A stretch of DNA of 64,000 bases from Bacteroidales bacterium (GTDB lineage: Bacteria; Bacteroidota; Bacteroidia; Bacteroidales; JAHJDW01), in the NCBI GenBank assembly GCA_041671145.1, contig JBAZBZ010000007.1:34461-98460 (forward strand). Direction: 5' to 3'. A program made the translations under genes and the position numbers. Shown here in pieces: positions 57,201-64,000 of this stretch (positions are counted from its first letter, which is position 1; each line of letters begins with the position of its first letter). The notes under the pieces were generated by a model. That model had not been told where the DNA came from and did no database searches. It saw only the letters and a program-made list of their open reading frames with translations.

Positions 57201-58465
57201 ATGTTGAAAAGTCCATCGTAACCGTTCAGATAGCATGGTACAAAAATCACTTTTACTTTATCTTCAGGAAGATTTCGTAAATTGTTTTGAGATAATCTTT
57301 TTAATATAGGGTCAGATTCTTTATTTTGAATCCTGTGAGTAAGATGTTTGTCAATTGTAGGTTCATTAAAATCGGGATTTTCCATACGGTCTAACACTAC
57401 TTTTCTTGGTCCGTAATGGCCTGCAGGAACTAAAATATATGCAATTATATCATTTTTTAAATCTTTATTCTGGTTTAGTTTGCTGAGGGCATCAATGAAC
57501 AGGTCAATTCCTTTATTGTGAAATTCATATCTTCCGCTGATTGCAACAAACACACTGTCTCGTGACAACTTTTGATTTAAAAGTGCTTCACCAACTTTAA
57601 ATAATTTTTCTTTGGCTTGCATTCTTTTTTCATCAAATAAATTTTTAGGGGGAACAAATGAATCCTCAAAGCCATTAGGAGTGATAACATCCACGTCTTT
57701 TTTTAGCAGTTGGGCGCATTCTTTTGCAGTAATCTCGCTGACAGTTGTGAAGCAATCTGCAGTATTTGCAGAAGTTTTTTCAAGCGAATGTTTTGCTGTA
57801 ACATGAAACTGGCTTGCTTTTTCATCTCCGTTATATTCAGATAAATTTTCATAAAGAGGAAGTCCGTTTCCTGAAATGCATCGTCCTGCAACTGTTGCAT
57901 GAGTTGTAAATATGGTTCCGATTTGCGGCACATTATCGTGCAGGTAAAGCAAACCGGTACCTGTCATCCATTCATGAAACTGGGCAACTACTTTATCGGA
58001 TAAACTGTTGTTAAATAAATAAAAATTTTCAATTAATGTTCCTGCTGCATAACCAAATAATGCAGGTTCAACATAATCCCATTGCCCTGAAATAGAATCA
58101 AGGTTATATTTTTCCCAGAAACCGGCAAATATTACATCCTTTTGCGGAAATAGTGTGGTGAAATCAATTAATATCGCAACAGGTCTTCCTTCAATATTCC
58201 ATCTGCCTACTTTTATCCTGAATCCTTTGCTTTCTGCCTGTTCCCGCCATGACTTAAATAAAAATTTATCTTCAGTAAAATCAGGATTGTCCGATGTGCT
58301 TTCTTTCCAGACATCAGGTCCGATAAATATTAAATTGTTTTTATGTTGTTTTGTTAAGGTTAAAGCTTTCGTAGAAATGACTGTATATATTCCACCAACT
58401 TTGTTACAAACTTCCCAACTTACTTCAAAAATGTAATCGGGATTAATAATTTTGCTTTCAGGCAT
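54218..58465 (-). CDS. Fusion protein: GT3-type glycogen synthase (N-terminal ~550 aa) + GT35 alpha-glucan phosphorylase (C-terminal ~850 aa)
   Basis: N-terminus EVSWEVCNKVGGIYTVISTKA (eukaryote-like glycogen synthase). C-half IAYVSMEFG...GGLGILAGDYLKEASD and EASGTSGEKATMNG (PLP-lysine region) of alpha-glucan phosphorylases. One uninterrupted 1415-codon frame. Confidence 0.85.
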   Translation of the reverse strand: MPESKIINPDYIFEVSWEVCNKVGGIYTVISTKALTLTKQHKNNLIFIGPDVWKESTSDNPDFTEDKFLFKSWREQAESKGFRIKVGRWNIEGRPVAILIDFTTLFPQKDVIFAGFWEKYNLDSISGQWDYVEPALFGYAAGTLIENFYLFNNSLSDKVVAQFHEWMTGTGLLYLHDNVPQIGTIFTTHATVAGRCISGNGLPLYENLSEYNGDEKASQFHVTAKHSLEKTSANTADCFTTVSEITAKECAQLLKKDVDVITPNGFEDSFVPPKNLFDEKRMQAKEKLFKVGEALLNQKLSRDSVFVAISGRYEFHNKGIDLFIDALSKLNQNKDLKNDIIAYILVPAGHYGPRKVVLDRMENPDFNEPTIDKHLTHRIQNKESDPILKRLSQNNLRNLPEDKVKVIFVPCYLNGYDGLFNMHYYDVLIGIDVTVFPSYYEPWGYTPLESLAFHVPTVTTTLSGFGMWIKTIYDKMTEGAAVIERTENNNDYVVSEIVNELQDYINRSEEGRAKSREQAFVMSRIALWKNLIKYYEQAYNIALSKVQKRASTFKAKLYPEITLHKVESQHKPIWRRINIESNVPKSLEGIKEIASNLWWTWNPESEELFEYMDCELWNKTNHNPVAMINSMHYSQFLKFEKDKIFTDKLKKVHKEFTDYISKSSEKDKPKIAYVSMEFGFHDSLKTFSGGLGILAGDYLKEASDCNHDIIGISLLYRNGYFIQQLSLNGAQLSVIEPQHYSQTPLKPVKDENGEWKEITLAFPGRTIYARIWKVDVGRVPLYLLDTDYDKNSESDRSITYQLYGGDWENRLKQELLLGVGGIRLLDALDLNPDIYHCNEGHAAFLCVERLRKVMQNENRSFLEAMEIVKSSNLFTTHTPVPAGHDAFSEDMLRTYLSHYPDRLNLTWNEFMSLGKLHADDSTEKFSMSYLAARLSSEINGVSKIHGRVSQKMFSDLWEGYFPEESHVSYVTNGVHYPTWTAGRWRELYETTFEKGFLENQSEKKFWKKIHEVPDKTIWDIRQKLRKELMVYVNNRIINSWTKRQENTHKIIEIVKTTKDDILTIGFARRFATYKRAYLLFKDINRLNEIVNDKKKPVQFIFAGKAHPQDKAGQESIKAIFDISRRPEFMGKILFVENYDMELAKKLVQGVDVWLNNPRRPLEASGTSGEKATMNGVLNFSVMDGWWAEGYVEKAGWALEEKAAYNNEEFQDELDAVTIYNILENEIIPMFYKRDANGIPKEWISYIKKAIAEIAPKYNTKRMIEDYYNKFYNKLYKNSLNLKENDFMLAKKLAHWKKVVSRGWESIEIVSVATSPDVANNALKLGHDFHAEVVLDLNELSVDDIGIEIIFTDIASEQPEIIYKLELTFEKINDRQVKFICDVPSDKAGTYNYGFRIFPKNPNLIHRQDLNLIRWF

Positions 58466-58776
58466 ATCTTCTATTTTTTTAATTTATTTTGTAAAAATAG
58501 TGAAAAATAAAAATATAAAAAACAAAATTGATTTTAAAATAACTTTTGTTCAATAAAAAAATATTATTTTTTTTCTTTGTGTTTCTTTGTGCTGTACTTT
58601 GATTGCCTTTGTGGTTGAATATTTTCACTTAACCGCAAAGTCACACTGGGGTTTTTGCAAAGTAACTCAAAGGACTTATAAAAAAACTTTTATTAAAACA
58701 AAAAAATGAACTTTAGTTTAGGTTTCAAACGACTGTTTTTAATTTAATTTATTTAATTGAAAAATTTAACTTTGCA

Positions 58777-58784
58777 AAAAAAAG
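58777..58784 (+). promoter_or_regulatory. -7 promoter box (TAACTTTG) abutting the start codon
   Basis: Ends 3 nt before the ATG at 58788. Confidence 0.3.
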
Positions 58785-58787
58785 AGC

Positions 58788-60830
58788 ATGGAAAAAAACA
58801 AAAAAAATATTATAATATTGGCAATTATATTTGTAATTGCGATTGTAGTAACCTATTCAAATCATTTCAACAATGGGTTTCATTTTGATGATTCACATAC
58901 GATACAAAATAATATATATATAACTAATATCAATAATATTCCCCTGTTTTTTAAAGATGTTCGGACTTTTAGTTCAATACCTTCACATTGGGGTTACCGT
59001 CCATTAATTACTACAACGTTAGCGATAGATTACTGGCTTGGCGGTGGATTGAACCCTTTTTATTTTCATTTTTCTACATTTATGTGGTATGTTTTAATGT
59101 GTGTTATTTTATTTTTTGTTTATAAAAATATATTAAATAAGTCAATTAATCACAAATGGACTGGTTATATGGCAATTGTTTCTGTTGGTTGGTATGCTTT
59201 GCATACTGCAAATGCTGAAACAATAAATTATATTATATCAAGAACAGATGTTTTGTCAACGCTGTGTATTGTAGCATCATTGTCGATATTTATTTCATAT
59301 CCAAATCTCAGAAAAAAGTTTATTTATATTATACCGGCTGTTATTGGAGTTTTCTGCAAGGAAACTGTTTTGGTGCTTCCTTTAATTTTGTTTTTCTATA
59401 TTATTTTATTTGAAAAAGAACTATCGCTATACGATTTATTTAAGAATAAAAATTTTAAAATAATATTTAAAACTATTTTAATAATTGTTCCGTTATTAAT
59501 TTTTGTTCTGATTTTTCAAATTTATACATTAGCGAAAACACCTCCAATACAAGGATTATCAAATCCTGTTTTTTATTACATTTTAACTCAAACATATATT
59601 TGGGTTCATTATTTTATTACTTTCTTTCTGCCTTTTAATCTTAGTGCAGATACCGACTGGGGAGTAATAACAAATATTTTTGATGACAGAATAATTGTAG
59701 GATTGATTTTTATTGGATTATTAATTTTTACAATATTTAAAACATCTCAAAAGAAAGAAACAAAACCAATAGCATTTGGTTTGCTATGGTTTGCACTTGC
59801 ATTATTACCCACATCAGTTGCTCCGTTGTCGGAGGTAATGAATGACCACAGGATGTTTTTCCCATTTATAGGACTCGCTTTCAGTGTTGTGTCGTGCATG
59901 AGTTTATTATTATTAAAATATGAAAATTTAATTGCCTCTAATAAAAAATATCAGGAATTGATTTATATTATTGTTTTTGTTGTATTATCATCTTATGCTT
60001 ATGGAACGTATCAGAGAAATAAGGTCTGGAAAGATGAAGAATCTCTTTGGCATGATGTTACTATAAAAAGCCCTATGAATGGAAGAGGTTTAATGAACTA
60101 TGGCTTAACACAAATGGGAGCTGGCAAATATGATGTGGCATTGTCATATTTCGAAAAAGCTTTAATATATAATCCTTATTATTCTTTGCTGTATATAAAT
60201 CTTGGAGTTCTTAAAAATGCCATGAATAAACCCGCCGAAGCAGAAGAATATTTTAAAAAAGCAATTACTTATGGCATTGGCGGGCATGAGCCGTATTATT
60301 ATTATGCTAACTTTTTATTCCAGCATAACAGGATAGGGGATGCAAGACAAATGGCAGAAAAATCTTTAAGCATAAGTCCTGATTTTATTCAAACAAGATA
60401 TTTGCTTATGAATATGTACAATGAACTTGGTTTGTGGGATAATCTGGGAACATTGGTTGAACAAACTTTACAAATAGTACCTAACGATGCTGTAACATTG
60501 AGCTACTTGGAAGCAAGCAGAAAAAAAATGACAAAGATTGATGAAAGTATGGAAAATGCAAAGAAAAACCCAACACCCGAAAATTATTTAAGCTTGAGTT
60601 TGACATATTATCAAAAAGGATTGTATGAAAAATGCATTGAAGCATGCAATGAGGCATTGAAATTAAAACCCGATTACTCCGATGCCTATAATAATATATG
60701 TTCGGCTTATAATGTACTCGGTAAATATGATGAAGCAATTAAAGCATGTGAAAAAGCAATAAAAATAAAGCCCGACTACCAGCTTGCAAAGAATAATCTG
60801 GCATGGGCAAAAAGCCAAATTAAAAAATAA
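58788..60830 (+). CDS. GT-C-type membrane glycosyltransferase with C-terminal TPR domain (TMTC/PMT-like architecture)
   Basis: First-loop acidic motif FHFDDSH after TM1, about 10 TM helices, then about 250 aa of TPR repeats (AxxYFEKALxxNP..., ALKLKPDY..., AIKIKPDY...). Confidence 0.6.
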   Translation: MEKNKKNIIILAIIFVIAIVVTYSNHFNNGFHFDDSHTIQNNIYITNINNIPLFFKDVRTFSSIPSHWGYRPLITTTLAIDYWLGGGLNPFYFHFSTFMWYVLMCVILFFVYKNILNKSINHKWTGYMAIVSVGWYALHTANAETINYIISRTDVLSTLCIVASLSIFISYPNLRKKFIYIIPAVIGVFCKETVLVLPLILFFYIILFEKELSLYDLFKNKNFKIIFKTILIIVPLLIFVLIFQIYTLAKTPPIQGLSNPVFYYILTQTYIWVHYFITFFLPFNLSADTDWGVITNIFDDRIIVGLIFIGLLIFTIFKTSQKKETKPIAFGLLWFALALLPTSVAPLSEVMNDHRMFFPFIGLAFSVVSCMSLLLLKYENLIASNKKYQELIYIIVFVVLSSYAYGTYQRNKVWKDEESLWHDVTIKSPMNGRGLMNYGLTQMGAGKYDVALSYFEKALIYNPYYSLLYINLGVLKNAMNKPAEAEEYFKKAITYGIGGHEPYYYYANFLFQHNRIGDARQMAEKSLSISPDFIQTRYLLMNMYNELGLWDNLGTLVEQTLQIVPNDAVTLSYLEASRKKMTKIDESMENAKKNPTPENYLSLSLTYYQKGLYEKCIEACNEALKLKPDYSDAYNNICSAYNVLGKYDEAIKACEKAIKIKPDYQLAKNNLAWAKSQIKK

Positions 60831-60835
60831 AAATA

Positions 60836-62386
60836 TTGACTGATGTAAATTTTTATAAAAAATATAATTTCGTTATTCCATTTCTGTTATTTCTTTTTTT
60901 GTTTATTAATGGAGCAATAGGAATTGATTTCGGCTATCACTGGGATGAAGAAATTTTTGTTGAGCAGGCAAGTGACTCATTTAATTCAGGCGTTTTTTTG
61001 CCACACTTATATATTTATCCTTCATTTTGTTATTATTTAGTTGTTTTTGCAGGCGGGATTTACAAAATATTTAACAGCGAAACCCCAATTAATGCACTTT
61101 TATTAAGTTCTGATTTTTATGTTTTCATAAGATATATTTTTCTCTTCATCTCTTCTTTGACGGTAATATGGGTTTATTTGCTGACCTTAAAAATTACAAA
61201 GAAAACTTTTATTTCTCTTTTTGCGGGATTATTGTTTTGCTCTTCATTTGAATTCTGCTATCATTCGCGATGGGCAGTTTCGGATTGCATTGCCGTGCAG
61301 TTTGCATTTCTTTCAACTCTGATTTTATTTCTCGATACCAACTTTAAAAGAAAAATAATTTGGAGTTCGCTTGTGGCAGGTATTGCGATTGGTACAAAAT
61401 ACACAGCCGGAATTGTTTGTATTAATATTTTGTTTTACATATTTTATGATTTTTTTAATAAAAAAGAAGCGGAAAATTCAATTAAAGAATTATTAAGGTT
61501 TGTTGCTTTTTGTTTTATCGGTTTTATAATAACTACACCGGGAGCAATATGTGAACCATTTTTATTTGCAGGTAGCTTAATACATCAAAAAAATATTTAT
61601 TCTACCGGTCACTATGGATATACAATTCAAAGCGGATTTCCTCATTTTATGAAAATAATAGAATATGTAGTATTTGTGCTATTTTCTGACATGTCTTTTG
61701 TTTCAGTTTCGTTTTTTATTTTAATGGTTTTAGGAATAATATACATTATATCTAAAAAAGAACTACATGTTGCTGTTATGTTTGCAACAATGTTGATATA
61801 CATAATTTTTATATCAACATTCAAAGTAATGATTGTAAGGAACCTTTTATATGTTTTTCCTGTTTTTATTGTTGTAGCGGCACTCGGATTTGATTACCTC
61901 TTAGGTTTAATACGGAAACAATATGTTTTTATATTAAAATTTGTATTTGTTATTTTTATTGGGTTTTCAATAATTAGCGTTGTAAGTTCATCAATTAGCA
62001 TATATAATAAAAATAAAATTGATTATGCTCGTGAAGTTAAAAATTACATTTTAAAAAATCCGGATAAGAATTTTATTTTTTCACCACAAATTTCTTCTTT
62101 AATTAATATTAAAAATTCAAATGAAATAATTTTAAATAATTCATATTTGATTTTTTTAAAAGATGAAATTTCTTGCGATAAATATATTGCAAACAAAAGA
62201 AAGCAGTTCGAAAAAGTAATAGGAGTTAAAGATATTAACCTTGATTATTACCCGACTTGGCTGGGTTCAAATAGAATTATAATAATGAAAAACGATAAAA
62301 GCAATTATGTTGAAAAATTAAAAACAGTCATTTTTCAAAAACAAAAGGCAGAAGGAAATATTCAAGATAAATTATCAAAAAAATGA
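60836..62386 (+). CDS. GT-C-type (ArnT/PMT_2-like) polytopic membrane glycosyltransferase
   Basis: TTG start. First-loop motif DFGYHWDEE, many TM helices, and a soluble C-terminal ~130 aa. Confidence 0.5.
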   Translation: MTDVNFYKKYNFVIPFLLFLFLFINGAIGIDFGYHWDEEIFVEQASDSFNSGVFLPHLYIYPSFCYYLVVFAGGIYKIFNSETPINALLLSSDFYVFIRYIFLFISSLTVIWVYLLTLKITKKTFISLFAGLLFCSSFEFCYHSRWAVSDCIAVQFAFLSTLILFLDTNFKRKIIWSSLVAGIAIGTKYTAGIVCINILFYIFYDFFNKKEAENSIKELLRFVAFCFIGFIITTPGAICEPFLFAGSLIHQKNIYSTGHYGYTIQSGFPHFMKIIEYVVFVLFSDMSFVSVSFFILMVLGIIYIISKKELHVAVMFATMLIYIIFISTFKVMIVRNLLYVFPVFIVVAALGFDYLLGLIRKQYVFILKFVFVIFIGFSIISVVSSSISIYNKNKIDYAREVKNYILKNPDKNFIFSPQISSLINIKNSNEIILNNSYLIFLKDEISCDKYIANKRKQFEKVIGVKDINLDYYPTWLGSNRIIIMKNDKSNYVEKLKTVIFQKQKAEGNIQDKLSKK

Positions 62387-62398
62387 GATTGAATGAAA

Positions 62399-63604
62399 TC
62401 AATTTTTAAATTTAATGGCTTCCAAGCATTCATTATAACAATTCTTTATTAATTGCTTTATTTCATTTTTGTAAAGTGCGTGAATTAAACTAAATAAAAG
62501 CAATAACACAAAAATGTAATATCCATATCCATACCTATCAATAATCATATCCGTTATTTTTTGATTAAAACTTTTTGAAGCGAAAGTATAGTGTAATTCG
62601 CACCAATCAAATGTCAGAAATAGCAGTCCCCAAATATTGAATAAAATGCTATAAATATTTGGATAAAAGGCAGTAAATAATAGTGGAATTACTAAATACT
62701 GATTTGTTATTGCCGAAGAAAAAACAAAAATACACAAAAGATAAAATAGAAAACTTTCGAAAATATTTCTTTTCCTGAAGCAAATTCCGCATATTATCAC
62801 TGCCACAAAGAAAAACAAACGTGGTGCAAATTCAGTCATGTTGATTAAAGAAATAATCTTATTTATTAAAGTTGAATTTATAAATGCATTATAAAAAGGA
62901 GCATTATTAAAAGAAGGATAATTAAAAACATTTTGTTTTATACTTTCATATCCTCCGTTGGGCAAAAACGGAACAAACGATAAAAGAAACATTGAAAAAG
63001 GTACAATTATAAATATTAGTTTTTGATTAATTTTGTTTGTTTTAAAAAACATCCATATAGGGAAAAAAATAAAAATATGTTTTGTTACCAATGACAATCC
63101 TATAATAGCGGAGAAAACAAAAGTTTCCTTGATTGACATATTTTCAATTTTTTTATTTCTTCCCACATAAAAAACCGCAAGCAAAGCAAATAAAATAGCC
63201 AAATTATCAATTTGGCAATGATACCCGCTAATAATAATTGATATCGGAGAAAACAGAAAAAATAAAGAAGCAAAATAATTTTTTCTTGTAAATACTAGAA
63301 AAGCAATTAAAACATCAATCAAAGAAAGAAAAAGAGACATTTCATATCTGAAATTAAAACATAAAGATTTTATTCCTCCTAAAATGAAATATCCTATCGG
63401 AGCGTAGTTGCTAATTTTGGGAATTTCGGTGTAAAAATTTTCTCCTTTTAAAGCAGCAGTTGCAGACATGTCAAGTGTTTCAAAATCCAAACTGTGTCCC
63501 CTGAGTGAACATAACATACGAATAGCTATTGCCAATAAAGCAAAAAAGCAAAATAAAATGTTTTTGTTCTTTGAATCAATATATGAATTTATTTTTTCTA
63601 TCAA
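62399..63604 (-). CDS. Polytopic membrane protein, GT-C-like (DUF2029-type) candidate
   Basis: TTG start and about 11 hydrophobic helices. Family assignment is weak and rests mainly on context with three other GT-C genes. Confidence 0.35.
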   Translation of the reverse strand: MIEKINSYIDSKNKNILFCFFALLAIAIRMLCSLRGHSLDFETLDMSATAALKGENFYTEIPKISNYAPIGYFILGGIKSLCFNFRYEMSLFLSLIDVLIAFLVFTRKNYFASLFFLFSPISIIISGYHCQIDNLAILFALLAVFYVGRNKKIENMSIKETFVFSAIIGLSLVTKHIFIFFPIWMFFKTNKINQKLIFIIVPFSMFLLSFVPFLPNGGYESIKQNVFNYPSFNNAPFYNAFINSTLINKIISLINMTEFAPRLFFFVAVIICGICFRKRNIFESFLFYLLCIFVFSSAITNQYLVIPLLFTAFYPNIYSILFNIWGLLFLTFDWCELHYTFASKSFNQKITDMIIDRYGYGYYIFVLLLLFSLIHALYKNEIKQLIKNCYNECLEAIKFKN

Positions 63605-63628
63605 AACTAATGGTTCTTTATTACTGAA

Positions 63629-64000
63629 TTAACTGTGTTTTTGCCTTCTTGCGTGTTTTATGAAAACCAAAGAAATAAAAAGAGCAATTGCAATTAAAGA
63701 GATTATTCTGCTTAAATGAAAATATAAAGGAGTAAATGAAAGTTCAACAATATGATTTCCTTTATCAACTATTAATCCTGTAAATCCAATATTTGTTGTC
63801 ACTGGTTTTACGGTATTTCCATCAATACTTACAGACCATCCCTTATCGAAAGGAATTGAGAAAAATAACATTTGCTTTTTGCTAAGTGAGATTTTTCCTT
63901 TTATGTTATTCTGGCTATATTCACTAATTGCTAACGTATCTTTTTTGAGATTAGCAATATCGTTGCCATAATCCTGCCATGAATAAAATTTAGCGGTATC
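63629..64000 (-). CDS. YfhO-family membrane glycosyltransferase-like protein, C-terminal part only (gene continues past the window end)
   Basis: The frame is open from 63871 up to base 64000 (DTAKFYSWQDYGNDIANL...). SIPFDKGWSVSIDGNTVKP...GLIVDKGNHIVELSFTP plus a final TM helix is the typical YfhO C-terminus. Confidence 0.55.
   Translation of the reverse strand, partial: DTAKFYSWQDYGNDIANLKKDTLAISEYSQNNIKGKISLSKKQMLFFSIPFDKGWSVSIDGNTVKPVTTNIGFTGLIVDKGNHIVELSFTPLYFHLSRIISLIAIALFISLVFIKHARRQKHS

Noticed and set aside
1-64000. Search for rRNA, tRNA, prophage, integrase or transposase genes
   Set aside because: No GC-rich structured segment of tRNA size was seen in any gap. All gaps over 150 bp are AT-rich promoter or repeat DNA, and no ORF shows recombinase or capsid-type motifs. 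tRNAscan/Infernal would be needed to exclude small RNAs formally.

Overview
AT-rich (roughly one-third G+C by eye, not computed), densely coding chromosomal segment. It has Bacteroidota hallmarks: a T9SS type-B C-terminal sorting domain, TAnnTTTG -7 promoter boxes 20-35 nt upstream of many start codons, and no Shine-Dalgarno sequences. No rRNA, tRNA, CRISPR array, transposase or integrase was recognised. Main blocks in order: (1) housekeeping genes: PIF1-like helicase, cytochrome bd oxidase cydAB, an EF-G paralogue, tex and an ABC-F ATPase. (2) A 2-kb type II restriction-modification cassette that appears to be inserted into a decayed secreted-protein gene. (3) TPR and secreted proteins. (4) The most unusual locus: a minus-strand operon joining a group-3c-like [NiFe] hydrogenase (mvhD-mvhG-mvhA) to two HdrA-like flavoproteins and a fused 2x[4Fe-4S]/heme-b-like membrane subunit. 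This is a Qmo-like architecture with no HdrB/CCG subunit, and a four-helix-bundle gene is inserted between mvhG and mvhA. (5) A divergent hypF-(DUF4143-type ATPase)-hypCDE-hypAB maturation cluster. (6) An eight-gene Pho super-operon (porin-pstSCAB-phoU-phoB-phoR) with long structured spacers, 11-bp-phased TTAAC/GTTAA arrays in its promoters, and two colinear PiT paralogues flanking a glycosyltransferase and a lipid kinase. (7) A nikR / outer-membrane barrel / His-rich NicO-type nickel locus with a NikR-type operator-like palindrome. (8) argG, a 1415-aa glycogen synthase-phosphorylase fusion, and four consecutive GT-C-type membrane glycosyltransferase genes. All family assignments come from motif recognition in the supplied translations. 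No database search was run.
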